A DNA stretch of 64,000 bases, taken from contig JBEKCB010000027.1 of the NCBI GenBank assembly GCA_050015075.1, positions 1 through 64,000 on the forward strand. The letters run 5' to 3'. Of the stretch, positions 18,120 to 31,429 are shown piece after piece (within the stretch, counting starts at the first letter, position 1; each line of letters begins with the position of its first letter). The notes beneath the pieces were generated by a model. The model did not search any database, was not told the origin of the DNA, and saw only the letters and a program-made list of their open reading frames with translations. Origin of the DNA: Candidatus Brocadiia bacterium. GTDB taxonomy: Bacteria > Planctomycetota > Brocadiia > CAIUPP01. The position numbers were made by a program, and so were the translations under genes.

Positions 18120-19236
18120 GCAAAAACGAGGGGCTCGGCTGCGTGACGCCCCTGGGCCGAGGCTTTTCGAGGTCGAACGCCGCCAGCCGGCGCAGCGCGC
18201 GGGTGCGATCGTACTCGCCCATCTTTGCGGCGGAAACCGCCCGGCGGAGCACTTCGATGGACTGGCCGTAAGTCTCGCAGTCCACCGGATAAGGGTGGCC
18301 GTCTTTTCCGCCGTGCGCATAGGAGAACCGCGCCGGATCGCGGAAGCTCGGCGCGGCGCCGTAGATGAGTTCCGAGATCAGGCTCAACGCGCGCAGGCTC
18401 TTCGCGCCCAGGCCCGGCGTCGCGAGCACGGCGGCGAAGTCCTGCGCCCCGCTTTCATACGTGGCGAGCAGCACTTTTTGAAGCCGGGCGGGATTAATAT
18501 CGGCGATGGAAAGCGGATGGCGCGCGGGCAGCGCCAGGTGAAACGCGCGCTCGATCTCCAGGCGCGCTTCCTCCGGCTTCGCCGCGGCGATCGAGGCGAT
18601 CGCGGCGCGGCAGCGGTCGCTCTCCCGCGCGACGAGGTTCAGCGCCGCGACGCGCGTGTCGCAGCACACCGCTGCGTGCGGCTCGCAGACGAAGTCCTCC
18701 ACGCCCGAGGAGAGCCAATGGTACCGCCGCGCGGTCCGGTTGACTTCATTCATCCCCTGCTGAACGACGCACCACAGGCCGCTGCGGGTGAAGATGAAGC
18801 AGTGGTGATAGATCTGGTATCCGTCCTGCACGGCGGCGCTGTCCACCTTGGCGGACATCCGGCTGGCATAGACCAGCGAGCCGGCGGAGCGCCCGGTGGT
18901 CTCGCAGGCGCGCTCGATCTCGCTCGGGGTGTTCCGCGAGACGCGTCCCTTGCCGCCGCAGACGAAGATGCCCAGCTCGCGCTCCAGCGGCCGCATCCCT
19001 TCCTTGAGCGCGCCACACGTGGTGGTGGTCACGCCGCTGGAGTGCCAGTCGAAGCCGAGGACGCAGCCGAACGCCTGGAACCAGAACGGGTCGGAGAGCC
19101 GGCGCAGGAGTTCGTCCGGCCCGGAGTCGGAGGCGATCAGCAGCACGATCTCCCGCGCGAGCTGCGTCATTCGCCGGAAGAGCCACTGCGGCGCATCGCC
19201 GCCGTGCAACGGAAGACTTGCCGTGCCGGTGCGCAT
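18094..19236 (-). CDS. DUF763 family protein
   Basis: LPLHGG.AP.WL, SDPFWFQAFG, FDWHSSGVTT, QQGMN, RRYHW and AHGGKDGHPYPV. Confidence 0.9.
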   Translation of the reverse strand: MRTGTASLPLHGGDAPQWLFRRMTQLAREIVLLIASDSGPDELLRRLSDPFWFQAFGCVLGFDWHSSGVTTTTCGALKEGMRPLERELGIFVCGGKGRVSRNTPSEIERACETTGRSAGSLVYASRMSAKVDSAAVQDGYQIYHHCFIFTRSGLWCVVQQGMNEVNRTARRYHWLSSGVEDFVCEPHAAVCCDTRVAALNLVARESDRCRAAIASIAAAKPEEARLEIERAFHLALPARHPLSIADINPARLQKVLLATYESGAQDFAAVLATPGLGAKSLRALSLISELIYGAAPSFRDPARFSYAHGGKDGHPYPVDCETYGQSIEVLRRAVSAAKMGEYDRTRALRRLAAFDLEKPRPRGVTQPSPSFLLDRPENSA

Positions 19237-19281
19237 GTCGAAGGCTTCCGATCTATCGCCCGCAAAGGGGAATGGTCGCGG

Positions 19282-19869
19282 TCAGGCCGCCTGCATCCCA
19301 CGGAGGTTCAGCCAGAACTCGGTGTTGCCGCCGCTGCCGGGAATCGGGGATTGGACTTCGCCCAGGATCCGCGCGACTCCTTCCAGCGCCGCGCGGACGC
19401 GCTCCATCGCCAGGCCGAGCCCGGCGGCCGCGAGGACGCCGCGCTGAAGCTCCAACCGCTCGACTTCGTACTGGGGTTTGACGAGCGAGAGGACCGCGCC
19501 GCCGGGCTTGAGCGAACGCAGCGCCGCCGGGACGCTCAGCCGCTGCGGAGTCCAGCCGGCGTCAATGACCGCCAGGTCCAGCGGCTCCGGAGATTTCCAG
19601 TAGAGGAGATTGGTGCGTTCGTGGACGACGACGCGCGCATCGCTGCGGAGTTTCCAGTCGAGGATGCCGTAGCCGGTGTCCACGGCATGGACGCGCAGAG
19701 CGCCCTGCTGCAGCAGGCAGTCGGTGAAGCCGCCGCGGTGGCAGCCGAGGTCGGCGCAGACCAGGCCGGAAACCGAAAGGCCGAAGTGCCGGAGGGCGAA
19801 TTCCAGCTTCAGCCCTCCTTTGCCCACATAGCCGCACGATTTCGGCCGACTGCCGCGCGCGCGTTTCAT
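19282..19869 (-). CDS. TlyA/FtsJ-like RNA methyltransferase lacking the N-terminal S4 domain
   Basis: GGLKL, DLG..GGFTDCLLQ.GA, AVDTG, LVKPQYE, SPI.G..GNTEF. Confidence 0.85.
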   Translation of the reverse strand: MKRARGSRPKSCGYVGKGGLKLEFALRHFGLSVSGLVCADLGCHRGGFTDCLLQQGALRVHAVDTGYGILDWKLRSDARVVVHERTNLLYWKSPEPLDLAVIDAGWTPQRLSVPAALRSLKPGGAVLSLVKPQYEVERLELQRGVLAAAGLGLAMERVRAALEGVARILGEVQSPIPGSGGNTEFWLNLRGMQAA

Positions 19870-19901
19870 GGTCCGACAGCCGCTCGTCATTTAGAATTCG
19901 A

Positions 19902-19969
19902 CACCAAGACGCCAAGGCGCCAAGAACGGAGGATGAGGTTTCCTTTCCTGGCGCCTTGGTGTCTTGGTG
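19902..19969. repeat. REPIN-like inverted repeat (caccaagac family)
   Basis: caccaagacgccaaggcgccaag ... ctggcgccttggtgtcttggtg; same family as the outer element at 2740-2885. Confidence 0.85.
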
Positions 19970-19990
19970 GTCTAAGACACACGCGACCGC

Positions 19991-23665
<3,675 letters not shown>

Positions 23666-23703
23666 CCTGCGGGCTCCTCAAAACGTAAAAGGCCTGCGAG
23701 CGG

Positions 23704-24126
23704 TTACTTCTTCTTCTCCGCGGCGGCTTTCGGCTCGGCCGCTTCGGGAGCGGCCGGCTCGGACGACGGCAGCAGTTCCATGATCACCTGCGGCGCATTG
23801 TCGCCGAGGCGATTCTCGCTTGCGGACAGGTGCAGAATCCGCGTGTAGCCGCCCGGGCGGTCCTTGAAGCGAGGGCCGATCTTGGTGAAGAGCTGGCGGA
23901 CGACGTACTTGTCGTCGAGGGTCGCCAGCGCGCTGCGGAAGTTGGCCAGGCCGCCCTTCGCGGCGATCGTGATCAGCTTCTCGGCCATGCTGCGGACTTC
24001 CTTGGCCTTGGCGGGCGTGGTGCGGATGCGCCCGAGCAGGAACAGGTTGTTGACCAGGTTCCTGCGCATGGCCACGCGATGGGCCGAGGTGCGTTTGAGA
24101 TGGCGTCCACGCCTGCGGTGTCGCAT
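23704..24126 (-). CDS. rplQ: 50S ribosomal protein L17
   Basis: MRHR, TT.AKAKE and RPGGYTRI. Confidence 0.97.
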   Translation of the reverse strand: MRHRRRGRHLKRTSAHRVAMRRNLVNNLFLLGRIRTTPAKAKEVRSMAEKLITIAAKGGLANFRSALATLDDKYVVRQLFTKIGPRFKDRPGGYTRILHLSASENRLGDNAPQVIMELLPSSEPAAPEAAEPKAAAEKKK

Positions 24127-25151
24127 CAGGTTTCCTCTTTCTTCGGAGCTTCGCGCGGGGCGCCTTCGACCTTCATCCCGAGGGTGAGGCCGAGTTCGCC
24201 GAGTTTGCGCTTGACCTCTTCGAGCGAGGTCTTGCCGAAATTCCGCACCAGGAGGAGCCGCTCCTCGTCATACCCGACCAGGTCGGCGACGGTGCGGATC
24301 TCTTCGCTTTCCAGGCAGTGCGACGAACGGACGCTGAGTTCGAGCTCGCTGATCGGCAGCGAGAGCCGCGCGCTGAGGTCCTCGGAGAGCACCGGCCGGA
24401 TCGGCGCCAGGCTGCCGGCGGCTTCCGGCTCCTGCAGTTCGGCGCCGAGCTCGAACTGCTGCACGAACGGGTTGAGGTGCTTGCGGAGGATCTTGGCCGC
24501 CTCGACGAGCGCAAATTCCGGCGTCAGGGTGCCGTCGGTCCAGATCTCGAGGACGAGCCGGTCGTAGTTGGTCCGCTGGCCGACGCGCGTGTCCTCGGTC
24601 TTCGGGCGCACGCGGATCACGGGCGAAAACATCGAATCAATCGGGATCCGCCCGATCTCAAGGCCTTCCTTCTCGTTCTCCTCGGCGGTCCGATAGCCGC
24701 GGCCCTTCTCCGTCGTCATCTCGCACTGGAAGTGCACGACCTTGGTGAGCGTGGCCAGGTGCAGGTCCTTGTTGACGATGTCCACGTCGGCGTCGCAGGT
24801 CACGTCGGCGCCGGTGACGTCGCCCTTCTTTTTGACGTCGATGCGCAGGACGGTCGGCTTGTCGCCCTGCATCCGGATGCGAAGCTGCTTCAGGTTGAGG
24901 ATGACGTCGGCGACGTCCTCGAGCATGCCGTCCACGGCGCTGAACTCGTGGAGGACGTTCTCGAACTTGACGGAGCTGATGGCCGCTCCTTCGAGCGAAG
25001 AGAGCAGGACGCGGCGCAGACTGTTGCCGATGGTGGTGCCGAAGCCGCGCTCGAACGGCTCGATGAAGAACCGCGCGTAACGGTCCGTCTTGGTGGCCTC
25101 ATCGCAGACGACCTTGGTTGGAAGCTCGAAATTTCTCCAGCGAATTCGCAT
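24126..25151 (-). CDS. rpoA: RNA polymerase alpha subunit
   Basis: EPFERGFGTTIGNSLRRVLLSS, HEFS and RNFGKTSL. Confidence 0.98.
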   Translation of the reverse strand: MRIRWRNFELPTKVVCDEATKTDRYARFFIEPFERGFGTTIGNSLRRVLLSSLEGAAISSVKFENVLHEFSAVDGMLEDVADVILNLKQLRIRMQGDKPTVLRIDVKKKGDVTGADVTCDADVDIVNKDLHLATLTKVVHFQCEMTTEKGRGYRTAEENEKEGLEIGRIPIDSMFSPVIRVRPKTEDTRVGQRTNYDRLVLEIWTDGTLTPEFALVEAAKILRKHLNPFVQQFELGAELQEPEAAGSLAPIRPVLSEDLSARLSLPISELELSVRSSHCLESEEIRTVADLVGYDEERLLLVRNFGKTSLEEVKRKLGELGLTLGMKVEGAPREAPKKEET

Positions 25152-25199
25152 TTGAAGCCCTCCCGATAGAATGGGCGCACAGCCCAGGCGCGCGGCCGC

Positions 25200-25832
25200 T
25201 CACCGCGCGCAGATTTCCACGATCAGCTGTGGCTCAAAGCCCTCCGCGAGTTCATCAGCCTTCGGCAGGGCGGTCACTTTGCCTTCCAGCGGCTCGGGCT
25301 GCACGTCGAGCCAGGACGGAACGGCTCGGCCTTTCGTTGACTCCTTGATGGCCTTGAACAGGCTGACGACTTTTTCTTTGGGGCGCGGCGCGATGGTGTC
25401 GTTCATCTCCACCAGGTAGCTGGCCCGGTCCAGTTTATGGCCGTTGACGAAGATCAGCCCGTGGGCGATGGCCTGCCGCGCGTGCCGGCGCGAAAGCGCC
25501 ATGCCCATGCGGAAGAGCACGTTGTCCAGCCGGCGTTCGAGCAGGCGGAAGAGGTTCTCCCCGGTGTTGCCGGCCTGGCGCTCCGCGAGGGCGAACAGCC
25601 TGCGGAACGGGCGCTCGCGCATGCCGAAGGTGCGCTTGCAGCGCTGCTTTTCGCGCACGCGCACGCCGTACTCGGAGATCTTCCCGCGGCGGAACGGGTG
25701 CTGCCCGGGCGGGTAGTCGCGCCGATGGAAAGCGCACTTGGGGCTTTCGCACCGAGTGCCTTTCAGGAAAAGCTTCGTGCCTTCCCGCCGGCACGCCTCG
25801 CACTTCATGGCGATTGTCTGACCTTTGGCCAT
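25200..25832 (-). CDS. rpsD: 30S ribosomal protein S4 (Cys-rich type)
   Basis: CRREG.KLFLKG, PGQH and LERRLDN. Confidence 0.97.
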   Translation of the reverse strand: MAKGQTIAMKCEACRREGTKLFLKGTRCESPKCAFHRRDYPPGQHPFRRGKISEYGVRVREKQRCKRTFGMRERPFRRLFALAERQAGNTGENLFRLLERRLDNVLFRMGMALSRRHARQAIAHGLIFVNGHKLDRASYLVEMNDTIAPRPKEKVVSLFKAIKESTKGRAVPSWLDVQPEPLEGKVTALPKADELAEGFEPQLIVEICAR

Positions 25833-25904
25833 CCTCTCTCCTCTTTGAGAATGCGGAGTCCGGATTTCTCCGGTCCGCGCTCCGTACTGGGCGATCTGCG
25901 ACCG

Positions 25905-26285
25905 TTACACGCGGCGCTTCTTCCGCGGACGGCAACCGTCGTGCGGCAGAGGCGTCACGTCTTCAATGCTGCGGACCGCGATGCCCGCGGCCTGCAGGGC
26001 CGTGATGGCCGACTCGCGGCCGGACCCGGGCCCTTTCACCTTGACTTCGACCTCGCGCACGCCGAGCTTGCGGGCCTTCTCGGCCACGGTCTCGGCCGCC
26101 CGCTGCGCGGCGAACGGCGTGCTCTTGCGCGAGCCCTTGAAACCGATCGTCCCGGCGCTGTCCCAGCAGAGCACCTCGCCGGCCGGATCGGTGATCGTGA
26201 TAATCGTGTTGTTGAACGTCGCCTTGACGTGGGCGATCGCCTTCGTGACGCTGCGGCGCACTTTGCGTTTTCGACTCTTGGCCAC
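25905..26285 (-). CDS. rpsK: 30S ribosomal protein S11
   Basis: [19 protein letters not shown] and GPGSGRE. Confidence 0.98.
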   Translation of the reverse strand: MAKSRKRKVRRSVTKAIAHVKATFNNTIITITDPAGEVLCWDSAGTIGFKGSRKSTPFAAQRAAETVAEKARKLGVREVEVKVKGPGSGRESAITALQAAGIAVRSIEDVTPLPHDGCRPRKKRRV

Positions 26286-26315
26286 CGGCCGTCTCCTTCT
26301 GAACCTGCCTCGCGA

Positions 26316-26702
26316 TTAGGTGTGCGTTTCCTTGACGCCCTTCTTCACGGCGACGGTCTTCCTTGGTCCCTTGCGCGTGCGGGCGTTGGTCCGGGTGCGC
26401 TGGCCGCGGACCGGCAGGCCGAGACGATGCCGGATCCCTCGATAGCACCGGATGTCGCGAAGGCGCGCGATGTTCTGCTGTTCCTGGCGGCGCAACTGGC
26501 CCTCGATGACATAGTGGTCCTCGATGCAGGTCGCCAGCCGGCTCAACTCGTCGTCGTTGAGCTCCTTGGCGCGCGTCTCCGGCTTGATGCCGACCGTCTG
26601 AAGGATATCCAGCGCGTTCTTCGGGCCGATGCCGTAGATATACCTCAGCGCGATGCAGATTTTCTTGTCCGCCGGAATGTCTACGCCTGTGATCCTGGGC
26701 AT
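26316..26702 (-). CDS. rpsM: 30S ribosomal protein S13
   Basis: IYGIG, YRGIRH and [16 protein letters not shown]. Confidence 0.98.
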   Translation of the reverse strand: MPRITGVDIPADKKICIALRYIYGIGPKNALDILQTVGIKPETRAKELNDDELSRLATCIEDHYVIEGQLRRQEQQNIARLRDIRCYRGIRHRLGLPVRGQRTRTNARTRKGPRKTVAVKKGVKETHT

Positions 26703-26714
26703 CTTCGCTTTCTC

Positions 26715-26828
26715 CTAACCCTGGCGCTGCTTGTGGCGCGGGTTCTTGCAAATGACCCTGACAACCCGGCGGCGCCGGACGACTTTGCAGCTCTCGCAAA
26801 TTCTCTTGACCGATGCGCGAACTTTCAC
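26715..26828 (-). CDS. rpmJ: 50S ribosomal protein L36
   Basis: Manual translation [37 protein letters not shown] (GTG start). Confidence 0.97.
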   Translation of the reverse strand: MKVRASVKRICESCKVVRRRRVVRVICKNPRHKQRQG

Positions 26829-26870
26829 GACCGCCTCCTCTCCCGCTCGAAGCGGGACGCGACTGATCCC

Positions 26871-27086
26871 TTAGCTGCGATAAACGATCCGCCCCTTCGA
26901 AAGGTCGTAGGGCGAAATCTCCACGGTGACCTTGTCGCCCGGCAGAATCCGGATCCAGTTCATGCGCATCCGTCCGGAAACGTGCGCCATCACCTGATGG
27001 CCGTTCTCCAGGACGACCTTGAACACGGCGTTGGGCAGGGCCTCTTTGACCGTTGCCTCCACGCGAATCGGCTCTTCCTTGGGCAT
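26871..27086 (-). CDS. infA: Translation initiation factor IF-1
   Basis: LPNA.F.V.LENGH, IRILPGD and SPYDL.KGRI. Confidence 0.98.
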   Translation of the reverse strand: MPKEEPIRVEATVKEALPNAVFKVVLENGHQVMAHVSGRMRMNWIRILPGDKVTVEISPYDLSKGRIVYRS

Positions 27087-27087
27087 T

Positions 27088-27852
27088 TTATCCGTTCCGT
27101 ACGGGCGCCAGCGTCAGCACGTCGCCGCCGCTTTCCGTGATTGCGACAGTATGCTCGAAGTGCGCCGAGAGCGAGTGGTCGGCCGTGACGACCGTCCAGC
27201 CGTTCTCCAGCCTGCGCACCTCGAACCCGCCGGCGTTCACCATCGGCTCGATGGCCACCACCGCGCCTTCCGGCAGGACGCGGTCGCGCACGGCCTTGGT
27301 CACGAAGTTCGGCACTTGCGGCTCTTCGTGCATTTCGCGGCCGATGCCGTGCCCGGTGTAATCGCGCACCACCGAGCAGTTCTGCGATTCGACGTACTTC
27401 TGTATCGCTTCCGACAGCGTCGAGAGCTTCATGCCCGGCTTCAGCGTCCGAATGCCGCGATCGAGCGCCTCGCGGCAAACCTGCATGAGGCGCATCGCCT
27501 CTGCGGTCACTTCACCGACCGGCGCGGTGATCGCCGCGTCGGCGCAATATGCTCCCAGGCGCACGCCGACATCCACGCTCAGGATGTCGCCCGCCGCCAG
27601 CTTGCGGGGACCGGGAATCCCGTGCACCACCTCTTCGTTGACCGAAGCGCAGATGCTCTTCGGATACCCTCGGTATCCTTTGAAGAGCGGAATCGCGTTC
27701 CGCTCGCGGATCAGCGCGTCCGCCTTCTGGTCCAATTCCTCGGTTGTGATCCCCGGCACGGCCAGGGTGCGGCACCGTTCGAGGACTTCCGCCACAATCG
27801 CACCCGCCTGCCGCATGCACTCGATTTCGCGAGGCGACCTGCGGTTGATCAC
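27088..27852 (-). CDS. map: Methionine aminopeptidase type I
   Basis: [27 protein letters not shown] and SAHFEHT; GTG start overlaps the adk stop. Confidence 0.96.
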   Translation of the reverse strand: MINRRSPREIECMRQAGAIVAEVLERCRTLAVPGITTEELDQKADALIRERNAIPLFKGYRGYPKSICASVNEEVVHGIPGPRKLAAGDILSVDVGVRLGAYCADAAITAPVGEVTAEAMRLMQVCREALDRGIRTLKPGMKLSTLSEAIQKYVESQNCSVVRDYTGHGIGREMHEEPQVPNFVTKAVRDRVLPEGAVVAIEPMVNAGGFEVRRLENGWTVVTADHSLSAHFEHTVAITESGGDVLTLAPVRNG

Positions 27853-28517
27853 GCCAAAGACCTCCCCGCCTGAACCTTGGCCAGCGCGGCGGACACGGAG
27901 GCCGTCACTTTTTCCGGCGCCTCGTCCGAGGCGATCCGGTGCAAGAGCCCGCGCCGGTCGTACTCCTCCACCAGCGCGCGCGTCTGCTGCGCGTACACTT
28001 GCAGCCGCTTGCGGATCGTCTCCGGCTGATCGTCCGGCCGCTGCGTCAATGCGCTTCCGCACCGGTCGCAGCGCCCGGCCTGCTTCGGCGGCATGTGCCG
28101 CTCGTGATAATTGGCGTTGCACCGGCTGCACGTCCGGCGCCCGGAGAGGCGCTCGATGGCCACCGCGTCCGAGACGTCGAAATAAAGCACCGCATCGAGC
28201 GGCAGGCTGCGCTCGGCCAACAGGGCGTCGAGCGCCTGGGCCTGCGGCAGGGTGCGCGGAAACCCGTCCAGCATGAACCCTTTCCGGCAGTCCGGCTGGG
28301 CGATCCGTTCCGCCACGACGGCGGAGGTCACCTCGTCCGGCACCAGCCGGCCCGACTCGATATATCCCTTCACGGAGCGCCCGAGCGGGCTGTCGCTGCC
28401 CATGGCCGCGCGGAACAGGTCTCCGGTGGAGATCTGGGGCAGCCCGTAAAGCTCCTGAATCTGCCGCGCCTGCGTGCCTTTTCCGGCTCCCGGCGGGCCC
28501 AGCAGGACTATAATCAA
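27849..28517 (-). CDS. adk: Adenylate kinase
   Basis: GPPGAGKGTQ, STGDLFR, LDGFPRT and Cys-containing lid. Confidence 0.97.
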   Translation of the reverse strand: MIIVLLGPPGAGKGTQARQIQELYGLPQISTGDLFRAAMGSDSPLGRSVKGYIESGRLVPDEVTSAVVAERIAQPDCRKGFMLDGFPRTLPQAQALDALLAERSLPLDAVLYFDVSDAVAIERLSGRRTCSRCNANYHERHMPPKQAGRCDRCGSALTQRPDDQPETIRKRLQVYAQQTRALVEEYDRRGLLHRIASDEAPEKVTASVSAALAKVQAGRSLA

Positions 28518-29902
28518 AATCTCCTCCGCGATACCCGGGTAAAGCCGTCGTAATGGCGCACGAGCAGTTGCGCCTCAACTTTCTTGACGAAGTCCAGCGC
28601 GACGCCGACGGCGATCAGGATGCTGGTGCCGCCGAAGAATTCCGCGACGATATAATGCACATCCAGGCCCCGCATCATCATTCCCGGGACGACGGCGATC
28701 AATGCCAGCGAGGCCGCGCCGGGAAGAGTGATCCGCGTCATGACGCGCTCCAGGTATTCCGCCGTCCGATGACCGGGCCGGATGCCGGGAATGAACGACC
28801 CGTTTTCCTGAAGGTTCTTGGCCATGTCCGTCGGGTTGAAGGTGATCGCCGTCCAGAAGTAGCAGAAGAAGAAGATCAGCACGACGTAGAGGAAGGTGTG
28901 GACGAACGTGAAGCCGCTCGACCCGCCGCCGAGGGAGTCCATCACCGCCTTCGACACGCCGTAGAAAAAGTTGCTTTCCCAATGTCCGCCCGGCCCCGTC
29001 GCGCCCATAAGGGCCTGCGCGCCGTACATCGGGAACATCAGCAACGACTGGGCGAAGATGATCGGGATGACGTTGGCGGCATTGACCTGGATCGGCAGGT
29101 AGTGCTTCATGCCGCCATAGACGCGCTGGCCGCGCACCTGCTTGGCCTGCTGGAACGGGATGCGCCTCTGGCCCTGGGTGATGTAGATGATGCAGAACAC
29201 CACCGCCACGAACAGGACCAGCAGGAAGCCCACTTTGAGAATGCCGATCTGGCCCTCAGCCGGGTTCAGCGTGAACTGAAACTGGCTTTCCAATTCCGTG
29301 ATGGCCGCGGGGAGGCGCGACATGATGTTGGCCATGATGATCAGGGAGATGCCGTTGCCGATGCCGTACTCGTCAATCTGCTCGCCGATCCACATGAGCA
29401 GAAGCGAACCGGCGGTCATCAGGAGTCCGGCCAGCAGAAACATCCCGTAACCGAACGATGCGGGGAAGATGGCCGCCCCCGAAACGCTCAGCGCTTTGAT
29501 CATCATCGGTCCCTGGAAGAAGCACAGCAGGACCGTGGCGTAGCGCGTCCACTGGTTGATCTTCTTCCGGCCGGCCTCGCCCTCCTCGCTGACTTTCTTC
29601 AGCGTGGGGACGACCTGCACGAGCAACTGGAAAATGATCGAGGCGCTGATGTAGGGCATCACGCCCAGCGCGAAGAGCCCGCAGCGCTGCAGGCCGCCGC
29701 CGGAGAACATGTTCGCCAGGTTCAGCAGCGGCGCCCCGCCGCCCCTGCCGGCGTTCTCGAAGAAGCGCGACAGCGCCACGATATCCGCGCCCGGGACCGG
29801 GATGAAGACGCCGACCCGGCAGATGGCCAGAAGGATGACCGTGATCAGGATCCGCCGCCGCAGTTCGGGAATCCGGAATGCATTGGCCAGAGTGTCCAGC
29901 AT
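28514..29902 (-). CDS. secY: Preprotein translocase SecY
   Basis: LGVMPYISASII, GIGNGISL, IPGIRPG and GGTSILI. Confidence 0.98.
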   Translation of the reverse strand: MLDTLANAFRIPELRRRILITVILLAICRVGVFIPVPGADIVALSRFFENAGRGGGAPLLNLANMFSGGGLQRCGLFALGVMPYISASIIFQLLVQVVPTLKKVSEEGEAGRKKINQWTRYATVLLCFFQGPMMIKALSVSGAAIFPASFGYGMFLLAGLLMTAGSLLLMWIGEQIDEYGIGNGISLIIMANIMSRLPAAITELESQFQFTLNPAEGQIGILKVGFLLVLFVAVVFCIIYITQGQRRIPFQQAKQVRGQRVYGGMKHYLPIQVNAANVIPIIFAQSLLMFPMYGAQALMGATGPGGHWESNFFYGVSKAVMDSLGGGSSGFTFVHTFLYVVLIFFFCYFWTAITFNPTDMAKNLQENGSFIPGIRPGHRTAEYLERVMTRITLPGAASLALIAVVPGMMMRGLDVHYIVAEFFGGTSILIAVGVALDFVKKVEAQLLVRHYDGFTRVSRRRF

Positions 29903-30345
29903 TACAGTTCCTTTACCTCGCCGCCGGCTTCCTTGATCTTCTGCGCTGCACTGCTGCTGAAGCGATGCGCGTGCACCTTGAGCGGCACGTCGAGCGCCCC
30001 GCCGCCGAGGATCTTAACCCCGTCCTTGAGTTCGCCGATCAAGCCGGCCTTCAACAGCGCCTCCGGCGTCACTTCCGAGCCGGCGGGAAAACCCTTCAGG
30101 TCGCCCACGTTGACCGCCGAGAACTCCAGGCGGTACTGGGCGTTGCTGAAGCCGCGCTTGGGAAGCCTGCGGAACAGCGGCGTCTGGCCGCCTTCGTAGC
30201 CGATGTAGCCCTTGTTGCCGGAGCGCGACTTGGCTCCCTTGAGGCCGCGGCCGCAGGTCTTGCCGTGGCCGGACCGCATGCCGCGCCCCACGCGCTTCCG
30301 CTTGTGATGGTGCAGCGAGATTTTCTCGATTTCCTGGAGATTCAT
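29902..30345 (-). CDS. rplO: 50S ribosomal protein L15
   Basis: RVGRG..SGHGKTCGRG and EGGQTPL.RRLPKRGF; start overlaps the rpsE stop, no rpmD between them. Confidence 0.96.
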   Translation of the reverse strand: MNLQEIEKISLHHHKRKRVGRGMRSGHGKTCGRGLKGAKSRSGNKGYIGYEGGQTPLFRRLPKRGFSNAQYRLEFSAVNVGDLKGFPAGSEVTPEALLKAGLIGELKDGVKILGGGALDVPLKVHAHRFSSSAAQKIKEAGGEVKEL

Positions 30346-30821
30346 TCCAGTGAGACTCCTCTGAGGCGCGCCACTTCCTCCTTCGTGCGGAGCTTGCTCA
30401 ACGCGTTGAAGGTGGCCTTGACGAGATTGACCGGGTTGTTCCTCCCGAACGACTTGCTCAACAGGTTGCGGACGCCGGCGACTTCCACCACGGCGCGCAC
30501 GCATGCGCCGGCGATGATGCCGGTGCCGGGGACGGCCGGGATCAGGATGATCTTCGAGGCGCCGAAGCGCCCATGGACCTCATGCGGAATCGTGCCGTCG
30601 GCGACCTTGAAGCGCATCAGGCTCCGATGCGCCGTCCGCGTGGCCTTCTCGACGGCGCCGGGGACATCGTTGGCCTTGCCGAAGCCGTATCCCGCAATCC
30701 CATCGCGGTTGCCGCTGACGACGATAGCGCTGAAGTGGAAGCGCCGCCCGCCCTTCATGACTTTGGCCGTGCGGTTGATCCCCTTCTCGACGACCTTGTC
30801 CTCGAGAGAGATCTGCCGCAT
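30342..30821 (-). CDS. rpsE: 30S ribosomal protein S5
   Basis: KGGRRF.FSA, GFGKA and PA.PGTGIIAG; start uncertain. Confidence 0.95.
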   Translation of the reverse strand: MRQISLEDKVVEKGINRTAKVMKGGRRFHFSAIVVSGNRDGIAGYGFGKANDVPGAVEKATRTAHRSLMRFKVADGTIPHEVHGRFGASKIILIPAVPGTGIIAGACVRAVVEVAGVRNLLSKSFGRNNPVNLVKATFNALSKLRTKEEVARLRGVSLE

Positions 30822-30869
30822 GTCAATGAGTGCCTGCCTTCTCAAGTGTCCTGCCTCCCGGCTCTGGTG

Positions 30870-31006
30870 TTTAGTTGCGCAAATTGGCTTACCAAATTTA
30901 CACAACTAAACGCGGTCCAACGGAACGTATAACTCGATATAACGACGCGGCTTATTGCGGTCATGCTTCCTTCCGGAAATAGGACACCTATCTCCGCAAG
31001 GAAGCA
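30870..31006 (-). other. Two long RNA hairpins in the rplR-rpsE spacer
   Basis: Stems 30964-31006 and 30870-30910 pair better (G-U) on the mRNA strand. Confidence 0.6.
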
Positions 31007-31375
31007 CTAGAAAACCAATCCCGCCTCGCGCGCGGCCTCGGCCAGCGCCTTCACGCGGCCGTGATATTTCCGCCCGCGGCGGTCGAAGCATACCTTCTTG
31101 ATGCCCCTGGACAGGGCGACGGCGGCAATCTGCTTGCCGACGGCTTTCGCCGCTTCCACTTTTCCGCCGGACTTCAGGCCGGCTTTCAGCTCCGGCGTCA
31201 GCGAACTGGCCGCCGCGAGCACGTGGCCCGTCACGTCGTCAATGATCTGAGCATAGATCTGGGCGAGGCTGCGCTTGACCGCCAGCCGCGGCCTTTCGGC
31301 CACGCCGGTGGCTCTCTTGCGGCCGCGCCGCGCCCTGCGCGCCAAAGCGAATCGTTTTCTGCTCGTTCTTTCCAT
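31007..31375 (-). CDS. rplR: 50S ribosomal protein L18
   Basis: [12 protein letters not shown] and FDR...YHGRVKALA. Confidence 0.97.
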   Translation of the reverse strand: MERTSRKRFALARRARRGRKRATGVAERPRLAVKRSLAQIYAQIIDDVTGHVLAAASSLTPELKAGLKSGGKVEAAKAVGKQIAAVALSRGIKKVCFDRRGRKYHGRVKALAEAAREAGLVF

Positions 31376-31429
31376 GGCTACGTCTGCCGCTGCCTCAAGA
31401 ATTCAAAACCGCTTCGGGAACTTCCCCAC

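Noticed and set aside
27088-28578. 496-aa extended Map or Adk-Map fusion
   Set aside because: The extension is an alternative frame over adk; real map starts at GTG 27852, overlapping the adk stop.
30342-30345. Missing rpmD (L30) between rpsE and rplO
   Set aside because: Loss of L30 is known in several lineages, including PVC bacteria; not novel.
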